From positions 47,926,001 through 47,990,000 of the forward strand of contig CM069136.1 of NCBI GenBank assembly GCA_035221665.1: a DNA stretch of 64,000 nucleotides, read 5' to 3'. Below the pieces are notes generated by a model that saw nothing but the letters and a program-made list of their open reading frames with translations, did not search any database and was not told where the DNA came from. The DNA is from Okamejei kenojei. Taxonomy: Eukaryota. Shown one piece after another: positions 35,968 to 49,381 of the stretch. A program made the translations under genes and the position numbers. Every line of letters begins with the position of its first letter. The first letter of the stretch is position 1.

Positions 35968-36503
35968 AAAAGTAAAGTGGATAGGTATATGGATGGGAAG
36001 GGAATGGAGGGGTATGGTCTGAGTGCAGGTAGATGGGACTAGGGGAAAACAAATGGTCGGCACCGACTGGAAGGGCAGAGAGGGCCAGTTTCCGTGCTGT
36101 AATTGTTATATGGTTAAATGGTTCTTGCTTGACCTTTGTAAAATTCATGCATAACACAGATGATTGGGTTTGTAATTGTGGCATCATCAAATAATTCTTT
36201 GATCTAACGACGTGGAATCTTTTATGCTCGATGTATTATTTGAAATATATAGTTCAGTAGTTATGTTTTTGTCACATGTACCCAGATACAGCGAAATGCT
36301 TTGTTTTGCATACAATTCAGTAGAATCATACCACGCCTAAACACAATCATACATAAGTAAAATAATGCAACAATAGTAGTTGAAATAAATAGTAGATTTC
36401 TTCACACAAATAATGCTACGATTCTGGCACTATCTTGTAGCTTCCAAGTATGAAGCTTTTCAAAAAGTCTTATTTTGGCCTTAAAGCCCAATTAACTATA
36501 GTT

Positions 36504-36812
36504 TTTAGTTTTAGAGATGCAGGCGGAAACAGGCTCTTCGGCCAACTGAGTCCGGCCCGACCAGCGATCCCCGCACATTAACACTATCCTACACACACTA
36601 AGGACAATTTACACTTATACCAAGCCAATTAACTTACAAACCTGTACATCTTTGAAGTGTGAGAGGGAAACCAAAGTTCTCAGAGAAAACTCATGCTCTC
36701 ACGAGGATAACGTACAAACTCTGTACAGACAGCACTCGGAGTCGAGATCGAACCCGGTCTCTGGCGCTGCAAACGATGTAAGGCAGCAACTCTACCACTG
36801 TGCCACCATGCC
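36504..36812 (-). mobile_element. HE1/V-SINE-like SINE
   Basis: GATCGAACCCGGTCTCTGGCGCTG...GCAACTCTACCACTGTGCCACCATG (reverse tRNA-like head). Confidence 0.82.
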
Positions 36813-37975
36813 GGCTGCACTGAATGTTTTGAGTCAAGACTCTTCTTCAGTCTGTACACTCCCTCCACACATGCTGTCTGAACCAGAGAACCCCTCCAGC
36901 ACTTTGTATTTTAGGAATTTAACCCAAATTTCCCCTGTAAAACTGTTCCTCAACCCATTTAAGCAGCTGCATCTCTGTTACCTGCCTCTTGCCAATCAAA
37001 ATAGTTTGCACTCTTGACCAAATTAAAATGTTAAAAACAATGGAATCTCCAACAGTGTAGAACCAGCTCAGAGCTGCAATGCTAATCCTTTTTAGTCGCC
37101 ATGCTAACTAAGCTACATTTGTGCTTTCTAATTCCCTCCTGTCCTTTCCAGAAGCTTGCTGTTAACATTTGCATGGATTTATTTTCTGAATCAACTTGTT
37201 ATTATATATGTCCATATCAGCAAAACTGCCAAACTCCCTCTACTTTTTTCTCATTACTTCTCATGCCAAGAATATTATGAACCCTAAGCCCTATCTCTGA
37301 TCATGCCATATTATCATAATCCTATGTGGCAGGCAGTGTGAGCATGCATCTTACTTACCTTATTAATCACATTATAGACATCCACATATTTGCTATTTAA
37401 TATACCCTTTGTCACTATCAGTACAAGCTACAAGTGAAGTGGTCCCTATCACTGTAGTCTACTGTAGTCAGAAGCATAATGTTGCTCCTTCATCTCTTGT
37501 TTTGTAGTGATCGTGGAGTTGGATGCTATCTCAGCACATAACATACTTTGTAAGTTCCATTTTGAAAGCAGACAACCTGGGAAAACATCACATTGATGCA
37601 GGAGATCCAATGTACTGGACCTCTCCACTTTGTCCTTGTTATCTTTTTTATCTTTGCTCTTTTTGATCCAACATCATGATTCTGATCCTTCTTGGGCTTT
37701 TGAAACCAATGAATGTGGAACGTCCACATTTTGTGCAAGTCTAGATTATCCCACTTGCAATAATAGTATTGTCCCAAGGAACATTTAATTGATTTGAGCT
37801 GTGCATTTATCAATTTGTCTTTTGGTGTTTTATACACAATTTGTGAAACACATGAATCAAAGTTTACGGAGATGTCATAAGCATGCTTATGGCATTGAAA
37901 ATAGGACAATATTGCTGGATGTGAGTTCTGACATAAATCCGAGCTGATTTGTTTAAACTGGATGTGAGTTCTCGT

Positions 37976-38170
37976 CAAAAAAAGAGACATAGTGATGGAG
38001 TAACTCGGTCTGGCAGCATGTCTGGAGAACATGGGTCGGTGTTGTTTCACCTTGGAGCCCATGACCCTTCTGAATCTATATTCCCCAGAGAGGCTGCCTG
38101 ACCTACTGAGTTACTCCAGTACTTGGTCTTATTTTGTAAACCAACATCTGAAGTTCCTTGTTTCTACATT
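37976..38170 (+). mobile_element. Penelope-derived hairpin insert
   Basis: GGAGTAACTCGG / GAGTTACTCC arms and a CATCTGAAGTTCCTTG tail. GAGTTCTC on both flanks (37966-37973, 38173-38180). Confidence 0.65.
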
Positions 38171-38195
38171 CAGAGTTCTCATTTCTTATTTTATA

Positions 38196-38530
38196 TCAAG
38201 ATTCAAGAGTCAAGAGTGTTTTATCGTCATATGTCCCGGACGGGACAATTAAATTCTTACTTGCTGCAACACAACAGAATATGTGAATATGTAAATATTG
38301 TAGATAACGGGGGAAAAAAAAAGTTCAATAAATAACAAATATAGTGGAAATAACAAAAAATAATATAGTCTTTTGCAGTTCAGAGCTCATAGCTTATTCA
38401 TTGTGTTTAATAGCCTGATGGCTGTGGGGAAGCAGCTGTTCCTGAACCTGGACGTTACAGTCTTCAGGCTCCTGTACCTTCTTCCTGATGGCAGTGGTGA
38501 GATAATTGTGTGGCCAGGATGGTGTGGGTA
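38196..38530 (-). mobile_element. Probable Rex1/Babar LINE 3' end
   Basis: (CAAGAGT)n tail and GGGAAGCAGCTGTTCCTGAAC...CTCCTGTACCTTCTTCCTGATGG. Similar tails occur at 18448-18590 and about 41660-41795. Confidence 0.55.
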
Positions 38531-38989
38531 TCCGACCCACCTCTACCTGAAAACACAATAACTTTAAACATGTTATCCTCATGAATCCATACTAGATAAT
38601 CACCCTGATCTGCATATAGGTAGACCAAACGGAATGTTTTTGCTGACCTCAATCTGATGTGGCCAGGTATGCTGGCTTCATCGTGGAATATATTTGTAAC
38701 ATGGTACATAACAGGTAAATGTTTAGCATCCAAGTTCCTTGTTGTTTTCCAGTATTTCTCTCCTTTCAACTGTAATTTTATAATTGAATTCTCTTAACCG
38801 TGTAGTATTAATTTATAGTGGCACAATTATGTAGCCTTTAGTCGTCAGGTATTTAGTTAAACAGCAGGAACTGGTTAAGTGTAGTCAGATGATTTGTGTT
38901 GTTACTTGAGAATGCATAACTTTGGGCCTAGTTAAAAGTACAGCACGATTATACCACAATGTCCTCAGGTGCTATCATAAGGACACAAG

Positions 38990-39315
38990 TGAAAGGAGCA
39001 GAATGAGACCATTTGGCCCATAAAGTCTGCTCCACCATTCAATCATGGTTGATCTATCTCTCCTAACCCCATTCTCCTGCATTCTCCCCATAACCCCATG
39101 ACACCCGTACTAATCAAGAATCTATCTCTGCCTTAAAAATATCCACTGACTTGGCCTTCACAGCCTTCTGTGGCAAACAGATTCACCACTCTCTGACTAA
39201 AGAAATTCCTCCTAATCTTCACAAAGAAATCCTTTAATTCTGAGGCTATGAGCTCTGGTGGTAGACTCTCCCACTAGTGGAAAAATCCTCTCCACATCCA
39301 CTCTATCCAAGCCTA
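38990..39315 (-). mobile_element. CR1 3' end
   Basis: Reverse CR1 3' UTR and ORF2 tail. Confidence 0.75.
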
Positions 39316-40009
39316 TGTACACTGTGTGGACGTTGGTCAATAAGAGACTGAAGTGAATGTTAAAGTGATGGTGACAGAGTTAAGTTGATTAAAGAAAAGA
39401 AAGATGGGCATGGTTTGTGCAGATGTAGAATGTGGGACCCATTGCAAACACATCTTCAGCATGTATCTGCAATGCGAGCAACTGTGGATCAGAAATGATG
39501 AGATGGGGAATGAAATTCAGACATTGCATTACATCAGAGGGGGGAGGGGGGGGGGGGGGGGGGGGGGGGAGATTCACGCACATTCCAAAGGCAATTACAC
39601 TCCTTAGGTTATGTAGTACAGGTCTTATTATCAAGAAGATCAGGAAAATCTAACGACAAATGAGGGGCATGGATATCCAGAAGGTTACATTGCAGCAACT
39701 TCAGGAATTGCACTTATCCAGTGCTTACAAAGTTATTGGTGTGGATGAGAATAGACATTGCAGCGTCGATGAGTGAATTAACCAAAGTACCATGGTACAG
39801 GAAGCCATTCAAGGTATGACATTGATGTGAACCTAGCAGCAAAGGGAATGGTATAATTAAGAAGGTAGATACTGCTCTTTGCAGTGTCGAATGTGAGTTG
39901 CAAAGACTCATGTCTGCTCGGCACCATCTCTTTTGGGCTGGAGATTAACTTGGAACAGTAGTGGCAAGATTGAATTTATTTGTTCCACATGGGAACCATG
40001 GCATAGATC

Positions 40010-40494
40010 CAGGGGCGGAAATCCTGCGGGGGGGGGGGGGGCATGGGGGACTCGTCCCCCCCTAATTTGAGAGGGGGGGACGATTCCTCCCCCCCCCCCC
40101 CCCCATGTTTTGTAATCCGGACTTTATCAGCCGCTTTCTAAGGGCTGAATCGACCCATTCGCAAGGCCTTTCAGCACCCAGCGTGGCTTAAAATCAAACT
40201 GCTGCATCGAGGCGATCGAGGCTCCCGATGTTGAAGCCCCCGCCGGCCGATGAAAGACCCCGTGAACGGGCCGATTCAAGCCCCATGATCCGGGGCGGAC
40301 GAAGCTGCTGTTGCTGCAGTTTGGAGTCGGTCACCAACCAGGTCAGCTCCCGATGTTACCGTCGACAGGGCCCAAGGCCGATGCCTCGCGCGTGTGCACA
40401 TGGGTGTGCGTGCGCATGTGTGTGTGCACATGCGCTCGTGGGGCTGCCAAGAAATTGTGTCCCCTGCATGTTTTGATAGCGATTTCCATGCCTG
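40010..40494. mobile_element. hAT-type MITE
   Basis: Left CAGGGGCGGAAATC; right reverse complement CAGGCATGGAAATC. 8-bp TSD CATA(G/A)ATC (40002-40009, 40495-40502). Confidence 0.78.
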
Positions 40495-40748
40495 CATAAA
40501 TCCAAACGGTTCAAAGGTATTTTATTGCCACGTGTATCAATTAAGGTACAGTGAAACTCGATTTACCGTACAGTCATACTAAAAATGGCAACAAGACACA
40601 CAACTACATAAAAGTTAACATTCCTCACTGTGATGGAAGGATAAAAAGGGAAATTCTGCTGAAGGAATACAAGCAATCAAGATCCAAATATTTAAAAAAT
40701 AACCACAAAGGTGATAATCTCTCAATTACTGCCAGAGGCACCACCTGA

Positions 40749-41210
40749 AAATTGGTGCTGGGTAAATCAGATTAGGGAATTTAGTGTGTGGTTTCAAGTT
40801 TGGTGTGGGAAAAATTTATTGCAGTTCAAGGGCCACTAACAGCAGTCCTAGGGAAAGGGAGTGTTATTCCTTTGATTTGCCTTCATGTGAATCAAGCAAG
40901 AGTCATCGTAAAAATGAATAATTAAGACTACCGTATATATATGTTAAAGACTATAGTCTATTTTACAAAACAGTAGAGGATGATTTTTGGTAAGGAGAAA
41001 TTTTGTAAATTCTAGAGAAAAAGATATAGCCACTATACAAGGCAGGAAAATGTATTGTCCACATTTTCCTGCCATGTTTAAAATCAAAGGGATAACAACC
41101 CCTTTCCCTAGTACTGCTGTTGGTGGCCCATGAACTGCAATCAATTTCTTCCACACCAAACTTCCAACCACACATTAAGTTTCCTGATCTGACTTACCCC
41201 GCACCAATTT
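40749..41210. repeat. Diverged inverted repeat with ~130-bp arms (MITE-like)
   Basis: 40749-40878 is the diverged reverse complement of 41081-41210, separated by an AT-rich spacer. Confidence 0.8.
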
Positions 41211-41224
41211 GTATTAGAGGGGAT

Positions 41225-41635
41225 TACCTACAAGGAGAGATTGGACAAACTTGGATTATTTTCACTAGAATGCCAGAGATTGAGAAGAGGCCCGATCGAA
41301 GTATATAAAATTGTGACAGGCTTAGATTGGTAGACAGTCAGAACCTTATTCCAAGGTTTAATTATCAAAGATGAGAGGTCAAAGTTAAAAGGAGATGTGT
41401 GGGACAAATGTATTACACAGAGGGTGGTGAATGCCTGAAACATGTCAGAGGTGGTGAAAGAGATACGATCAAGTCATTTAAGAGGCTTTTAGATAGGCAC
41501 ATGGATATGCAGGAAATGAATGGATACGGATCATGTGCTGGCAGATGAGATTAGTTTATCTTGGTATCATGTCTGTCATGGACACTGAGTTGAAGGACCT
41601 GTTCCTGTGCTGTACTTTGTAATGTTCAATGTTCT
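41225..41635 (+). mobile_element. Degraded CR1 3' fragment
   Basis: CAGAGGGTGGTGAATGCCTG...GGACCTGTTCCTGTGCTGTAC with a (ATGTTC) tail. Confidence 0.7.
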
Positions 41636-41835
41636 TCACATGTGCATATGTGTGTATAGGTATATTTTCACGCACTGAATTTTTTTCTCTCATTTATTAT
41701 ATTGGTTACAGTGAACTTTGTTTTCATATTCTCTTGTGCTGCTGCAAGTAAGAATTTCATTGTTTTACCTGGGACATATGACAATAAAACACTTGCCATT
41801 TGACCTATGTTAATTAACCTCTCCTTTAAAATGGA

Positions 41836-43676
41836 CTAGACTAAGTGCAGACCCATTGAGTCTGCTCCCCCAAAGTAATATTCCACCACTCACCCGTTCC
41901 GCCAACGCGACCCGTTCCCCCAAAGCAATATTCCACCACTCATGCATAGCCCCCAACTGCGCAGGTGCAGCTCCCCCTCCTCTTCACCATCCCTCTTCTT
42001 TCCCCACACCTCCTCCTCTCCCCCAATCCCTCGCCTCTCCTTTCCCCTACCCTCAGTCACTCTCTACCTCCCTCCCAGGCACATGCCGTGATTAATTACT
42101 CAGGGTAGGCAGTCGGTCGGCTTTAAAAAAAAACTTAAACCGCGCATGCGCAGATTGTTCTCTCTGTAAAAATAAAAAATAAAAATATAGACAGTAACAA
42201 TTCAATTTGCCCAAGGCTTCCAAGTCTCCTTTATTCTGAATTACTGAATGGGCGGGGGTGAAGGGTGATGGCAGGTGGAGATGGTGGGAAAAACGGGAGT
42301 ACAGGGAAAAGCTGAATCAGTTGTCATCTTATTGAATGACAACACTTGTTCAATGGACCAATTGGGGGGATAGTTCCTTTCACAGCATGTGGAGAGTCTG
42401 TGCCAGGGGTAAAGTTGCGGGGGAGGGCAGGAGTGTTGAGAAGGAGGGGGTCGGGGATAATCCCGCGCCTCAATGCAGTGGCTACGTGCAAGGAGCATCT
42501 CAAGTGGGTTACTGGCATGATCCAGATCCCCTCCTTCACAACGCTTCTACCATCCCCGTAACTTTACCCCGGGCCAGACTCCCCAAACGCTGTGAAAGGA
42601 ACTCTCTCTCTCCCCCCCCCCCCCCCCCCCCCCCCCCCATCCCAGTAAATGTGGTATGTAAAAACACATTATCAGTACATGAACTCCATTCTTCTCTCTT
42701 TGTTTCCTAAGATACTCTTCAGATAATGGCAAACTATATTTGAAAAACCCGCCAAGAAACCAGCACTGCACATGCGCAGTACGCTGCTGTGCCTGCGCAG
42801 TACAGAAAAAGCAGAATTTCTGCTGCCTTCAGCCCAGCTTGTCATTGACGGCTTGAAGCAGCGCCAACGGCACGTGGGTTGCACAGACCTTCACATGTTG
42901 CAAGTGCTGAGGATGAAAGGCACGGAAAATTATGCCTACCTAAGAGATCGATCTCTTGGATAGGCATAATTCTCCCATGCCTTTACTATTTATATTTAGT
43001 AATTACCATTTTATAATTTTGGTCAGGGTAGGCAGTGCCTACCTTGCCTACCCTGATGGCATGTGCCTGCTCCCTCCATAACTCCTCTCCCCTCCCTACC
43101 TCCCTCCTATCCCTCTATCTCCCATCTCCCCCACTCCTCGCCTCCCCCTATCCCCCCACTATGCCTCCTCACCCCCCCAATGTCCTCCTCTCCCTCTATT
43201 CCCCACTCCCTACATCTCCCACTCCCCCCCCCCCCTCCCTTTATTCCCCCTCCTCCCCCACCCGACATGAGACAGGAAAAAAATGAAAAAAGAAGAGATA
43301 GATATCACTGTGGATTTGGAAATTCGGTAAGGCCCCACCTCCATCTCGAGGCCTCACCGTCGCCGTGAGGCCCCACCACCGCCACGATGCCCCACCGCCG
43401 CCACGGCTCCATTGCGTGGCGGCAACTGACAGGAGAGGAGACCAATCTGCGCATGCAAGTTTTTTAACGATTTTTTAACGATTTTTAAACCTTAATAATT
43501 TTTTTAATATATCATCGGTCGGAACAAAACCTATTGCCCTTGTAGCACAGAAGAATGGTGAGTAAGGTGGCAAAAAACCATTTCACTATCGCGTACCCTT
43601 TTTGGCAAATAGAAAAAGCGTAAAACTGGAAGAGAATCAAGATCAGAGTTTTAGTTATGCATAGATAGATAGATAG
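41836..43676 (-). mobile_element. Non-autonomous Helitron-like element
   Basis: The minus-strand 3' end has a GC hairpin (GCAGAC...GTCTGC, 41847-41865), then ACTTAGTCTAG followed by T. The minus-strand 5' end reads TCTATCTATCTATGCATAACTAAAAC. No TSD. Confidence 0.68.
42076..43069. mobile_element. hAT MITE nested in the Helitron
   Basis: Perfect 12-bp TIR CAGGCACATGCC and perfect 8-bp TSD CTCCCTCC (42068-42075, 43070-43077). Internal inverted repeat at about 42372-42417 / 42560-42603. Confidence 0.85.
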
Positions 43677-45000
43677 CTGGCTCTCTGCTAGCTTTGCCAA
43701 CAATGGCTAATTTACAGCAGGGAGCCAGACGCCAAACATATCTAGCCCCTCAGTTGAGATTGTCATCAGATATACCATCATTGTATCCAACTAGCAGTTC
43801 AATATGGAGCCATTGACTAGCTGTCAGCACTAATCTAGTCCATTGTCATTACATGCAGCATTATTTACGAATGCAGTCGGCATGTATGGACATAACGTAA
43901 AAGAAAAACAATGAGTCAACGATGGTCGAAATATAATTGAATGGATTGATTCAACCTTTCATTTCAATGTCAATAAGTGTAATATGTTGTATTCATGTAG
44001 TGCCATGAGCTTAGTTAAATTTCCAGAGTTTCACTATCAAACAAGATACAATGCCAAGGCTTATAGGAAAGGGAATAAAACTGTGGATGCAAGAAATCTG
44101 AAATAAAAACTGAATATGCAGGAACCATCAGGAGGTCAAGCATTGTGTATGACAGAGAAGCAGAGTTAGTGTCCCAGGTATAGCATTTATCAGAGATGGT
44201 TCTAATGAAGGATTTTGGATCCAGGACATTAACTCTCTTTCTCTTTTCATATATAGTGAATGCTCTTGGGGTTTTCAGTATTTATAAGGCAGTATTAAGG
44301 CAAGTGTCTAACAAGAACAGGGTAATGTGTGATTTTCTTTAAGTCTTGACGTCAGTATGGATGGAAGGAGCACTGAAGAAGGCTGGAGTTTGGAGGAACC
44401 CACAAATCTAGAAGTGATATTAGCAGCAGCAGGTGAGGTGAGGCAGCTCATAATTAATTAACGAGGCCTTCATGACAAACCTATCTGTGGTTTGTGGCTC
44501 ATTTTAGGGTTTAAAATAATGTCAAGGTTCTGAATAAGTTCTTGACAGTTTCTAGTAGGGCAATCTGGGTGGAACCTCATGCTCAAACGTGTGAGGTACT
44601 ATGGATAATGGCTTCAGACTTGCCAATGTTAGGAACATTTCTGTTCATCAAACACTGGGTGTTTGATGAGCATTCTTACAATTTAGAGATACCAAATGTT
44701 TGAGAGAGATGTTGTTGGATTAGAGCTGGGCATTGTCAGCCCACCTGAGACTGTGTACAGTGGTGCAATGCTACTTTGTTGTCACATGTACTGAGTTACA
44801 GCAAAATTCAATTTTGTGTACAGTTCAGTACTGGTATCCCAATATATAATCACTTAGATACATATTCAATAAGCATTTCAGATACTGTACAAGTGTATAG
44901 CAGTAGTACACTGAGTCAGTCTACAGAGTCACCAGATTTGGTGCCATTTTCAAGTCCCAGTTGTTGTAAATGCATGGTTCTTGACCTGACCATGAAGGGC

Positions 45001-45130
45001 NNNNNNNNNNNNNNNNNNNNNNNNNNNNNNNNNNNNNNNNNNNNNNNNNNNNNNNNNNNNNNNNNNNNNNNNNNNNNNNNNNNNNNNNNNNNNNNNNNNN
45101 NNNNNNNNNNNNNNNNNNNNNNNNNNNNNN
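45001..45130. other. Assembly gap (N run)
   Basis: 130 N. Confidence 1.
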
Positions 45131-45911
45131 TGTCTACCATACATGCAGCCAGGAATACTTGGATCAGTGTGTGTGGCCTGTCAATTTCTGATTGGCTTGG
45201 GCAATGGCTGGGGGAAGGGTTCAGTTAGTGTATTTGACTAGACAGTGATGCTGAATTTCATCTTGTTCACTTGGTGCTAAATCCACATCACCAGAGCAAA
45301 TCAAATCAAAATAGTTGACAATGTGATCGCTGAACGTTTAACATTGCGGCATTATCCTTCCAATCTCCAGTCCCAAAGCCATCCCTGAAAGTGCAGCTCC
45401 ATGTTCCAAGTCTTGCCGAGATGCGTGTGTAGTGTGCAGAGCCCTGGGAATATGTGGTATAAGCTGCACAGCTCTACAAAGTACATGGTGCATTCTTTGT
45501 TCAATCATGCTGAGTGTACAAAGAATTCATTCTTTTTTCTTATTTAATTTTCAGTCAGCTGCTACATCCACGAGTTTAAAATTTCAAACAGTGACAACAC
45601 TGTTGTCTAATATTCTGTCCTTGAGAATAACGTTTCAAGTTTTTCTTGTGGGGATTGGTGACTAGTTTGTGTTTTATGTTACCCGTCTTTTAATGATTTT
45701 GATTACATTCATGATTGGAAACAAAGGGGTTATTGATCACATGTGATGAAGTTGCTCAGCTGATAAAACCACTCTTTAGTCATGCAGCTCAAAGAGAATA
45801 GGAGCAACCAAGTTTATCGGTTGGAAATTAAGTAAATAATGAATGCTGATAATGTGTATTCATTCAAATGGATCATTAATTACCAATGACCAAACATCAG
45901 CAGATGAATGT

Positions 45912-46128
45912 GTTGGAAGGAAGTGCAGATGCTGGTTTACACCAAAGAAAGACAAAACAATGCTGGAGTAAATCTGCAGGTTAGGCAGCATCTCTGGAGA
46001 AAAGGAATAGGTGACATTTTGTGAGTCTCCGTCTGAGTCTGAAGAGGGTTCTTGACCCAAAACGTCACCTATTCCTTTTCTCCAGAGATGCTGTCCGACC
46101 CGCTGAGTTACTCCAGCATTTTGTGCTT
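45912..46128 (-). mobile_element. Penelope-derived palindromic insert
   Basis: 16-bp TSD ATCAGCAGATGAATGT (45896-45911, 46129-46144). Inverted arms, with a degenerate hammerhead CTGAAGAGGGTTCTTGACCCAAAACGTC. Confidence 0.85.
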
Positions 46129-46924
46129 ATCAGCAGATGAATGTTAGCTAAATATTGAAGTCAATTTGTGCCTTTGTTCATTAAGAAATATGCAGAATTT
46201 CAATTTAAATGTATGCATTTCTGCAGAAAAGTTGATGATATGGGAACCAGTCTACTCTGCTCATTATTCCCTTGCTGACCTTTTGAAACAGCTGTCAAGT
46301 TAGCTTGCCTGTTTTGTTTCTTGTGATTCAGCTATTTTTGTTTTAAAGTAAAAATAAATTTACAACAAAATCAGCTTTCGCACATAATCAGGCTTTCTGG
46401 GAGGAAGGGCTCGTGACGGGTGACTCTGCTTCAAGGTCCATGTGCATGGGCCATGTAAGCCATCTCAACTTTAATTCTCACAGAACCAAGGCTCTCTTGC
46501 TTTCTGAAGGTCTGCTTGAGTGTAAATGCATTTGTGAATTATGCAAATCAATTTGGTTGAAATGGTTTCAAAAGTGGCACATATTTTTCCTGGAACTGCA
46601 TTTATCTCTGTATATGAGCATCATAAAATGGTGGGTGAAGAATCAACATGATGATCCAAGCGCTCAGTACATATAGGTACTAAAATAGTCTAAAACGTCT
46701 TTGCACTGTGTTGTTGAACTAATATGCCTTATGTCTATATTGAAATATCAATAATCCCACATTTTGGCACGTTATATTTTAGCTGTTAACTTATTGGCAA
46801 TTTTCCTTTATCAGTCACCTTCATTCTTCTCACTTAATTTCTCATTAGCTTGCTATCATCTTCAAACTTGAACCATTTGCAATTTCATGAAAATAATTAA
46901 TACAGATTGTCCGTGGCACCAATT

Positions 46925-47595
46925 CTTGTGACATCTTGTACACTTTCCCCTGCAACTGCAGGAGATGTAACACCTGTCTCTACCCCCTCCCTTGCCTCCA
47001 TCCAGGGATCTCAGCAGTCCTTCCTGGTGAGACAGGTTCATGTGCACCTCCTCTCACCTCATCTACTGCATCCAGTGTGGCATCCTGTACATTGGCGAGA
47101 GCAAGTGTAGACCTGGTGACTGTTTTGCTGAACGCTTGTGCTTAGTCCGGAAAGGCCTCCTGGATCTCCCAGTTGATTAATTTGTATTTCCATTCCCACA
47201 CAGACCTTTCCGTTTTTGCGTTTTCTCCATTGCCAGAGTGAGTCCACATACAAACTGGAGGAACAGCACCTCATCTTCTAGTTCTCACCTCCACACCTCA
47301 CCCCAACTGCTACTCTCCTCCCTTTGGCTTCACAATCCACAACTCTTCAAACCTGTCTCACACCAATTGTTCTTCTCTCTGGCCTTAGTTCAATGGTCTG
47401 CCTGTCATAAAATCCCTCTCACCTACATTGATCTATTACCTGCCAAGCTTTGCCCTGCTTCTCCCCTTTTCCAGCTCTCTTCTCCCCCCCCCCACAATCA
47501 GACTGAAGAAGGGTCTCGACACAAAGGGTCACGTATCTATGTTCTCCAGAGATGCTGCCTGACCTATTGAGTTACTCCAGCTATTTGTGTCCTCT
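46925..47595 (+). mobile_element. Penelope-like 3' fragment (zinc-binding linker, GIY-YIG remnants, hammerhead region)
   Basis: TFPCNCRRCNTC peptide, TACATTGGCGAG (YIGE) and CTGAAGAAGGGTCTCGAC at about 47502. Confidence 0.75.
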
Positions 47596-48632
47596 TATGC
47601 CATCTTGCTGAATACAGCTTGGTAATCTGCAGACCCATTTACTTCTACTGTAACATACTATGGTAATGTGTAAGTATTAACTCAAGAAGAGGTAAAACGT
47701 CTCAGAATTACCTGTGTGGAAATCCAGTAGGCCTCAGCGGATCGAATGCAGGTGTTCAGCAACCATTTTGCTGAGTTTCTCGCCGATGTACAGGAGGTCA
47801 CATCAGGAACACCTGGGTGGAAACAAATTCTGTCATTGGTGTAGATACAATGTAGACACAGCAACTGGGAGAGAAGGCAGGAGACAGGGCGAGAGGAAGT
47901 GTAGTCAAGATAGCTGTGGAAATCTGTGGGCTTGTATTGTATATCTGTTACTAACCTATCTATTTGTGTGAGACAGAGAGATCCAGAGAGTGAAGAGTCA
48001 GAGATGGATCATGGTGGATTAGTTACGAGGTAATGCCATTTTGAAGGTTTGAGTGGTGAATAGCAGACTCATCCCAGTTGCCATTTGTTTCCCAATTATT
48101 TCATTAAATTAATGAGCACACATGTGTGTATTTTTTTAAAAAAAAATCAATTTTCAGTATGACTCTTATGCACAAGATTCCAGTTCTGAGTTCTGCAAAA
48201 GTGGCCACTTCTTTAAAGGTTTTTTTCAGAGCTAACGTGGCTTACCCAGTAGTTATTATATGGAGAATGGGAGTTTGGAGTCCACCATTATTTTTGCACT
48301 GCCTCTTTAATCATTAATTGCACTGACAATTGAAATATTTGACACGGATATTATATTCTGGGGAGCAATCCATTTTTACAAGCAAATTATAATTAATTTT
48401 GTGACTACTACCTTCAGTTCTTCTAAATTGCTAGGAGCATTTGTTCCAGCATTTTTCTAAATGAGATCCTCATTTATCAAAACAACAATACTGTTTAGAT
48501 ACTTCACATAAATTACCTTCTTCAATTTGTATTGCTTTTCAACTCCTCGAATAAATGCTGGTCCACAGTCGACAATTGAACTTCCTGTTTTGTATTTTTG
48601 AAAATGTCTTCACAGTAGAAAATATATACTTC

Positions 48633-49381
48633 AATGGTAGGGAACTGTGGAACAGAGGGATCTAGGAATAACTGTGCATAGTTCCCTGAAGGTGGAATCG
48701 CATGTAGATAGGGTGGTAAAGAAAGCCTTTGGTGTGCTGGCCTTTATAAATCAGAGCATTGAATATAAGAGTAGGGAAGTAATGTTAAAATTGTACAAGG
48801 CATTGGTAAGACCAATTCTGGAGTATGGTGTACAATTTTGGTCGCCTAGTTATAGGAAGGATGTCAACAAAATAGAGAGAGTACAGAGGAGATTTACTAG
48901 AATGTTGCCAGGGTTCCAGCAACTATGTTACAGAGAAAGGTTGAACAAGTTAGGTCTTTATTCTTTGGAGCGCAGAAGGTTAAGGGGGGACTTGATTGAG
49001 GTCTTTAAAATGATGAAAGGGATAGACAGAGTTGACGTGGATAAGCTTTTCCCATTGAGGGTAGGGAAGATTCAAACAAGAGGGCATGACATGAGAATTA
49101 AGGGACAGAAGTTTAGGGGTAACGTGAGGGGGAACTTCTTTACTCAGAGGGTGGTGGCTGTGTGAATGAGCTTCCAGCAGAGGTGGTGGAGGCAGGATCG
49201 ATTTTAACATTTAAAAGTAAAGTGGATAGGTATATGGACGTGAAGGGAATGGAGGGGTATGGTCTAAGTGCAGGTAGATGGGACTAGGGGAAAACAAATG
49301 GTCGGCACGGACTGGAAGGGCCGAGAGGGCCTGTCTCCGTGCTGTAATTGTTATATGGTTATATGGTTATATGGTTATATG
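48633..49381 (+). mobile_element. 5'-truncated CR1, same subfamily as the 30-36 kb copy
   Basis: The 172-aa ORF is nearly identical to 33400-33930, with a (GTTATATG)n tail. Confidence 0.92.

Larger units (their letters stand above)
30003..36121 (+). mobile_element. Near full-length CR1 LINE (ORF1 zinc finger + SGNH esterase; ORF2 APE endonuclease + RT), inactivated
   Basis: 5' 32-bp tandem repeat with ATTGG. ORF1 30161-31094 (CxxC..HICARC, AIVIGDSIVRG, HIGTNDI, DGLHLN). ORF2 from about 31142 (AISETW, GDFN, YMDFSKAFDKV, GVPQGSVLGP, YADD) with stops and frameshifts. GTTATATG tail. Confidence 0.93.
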
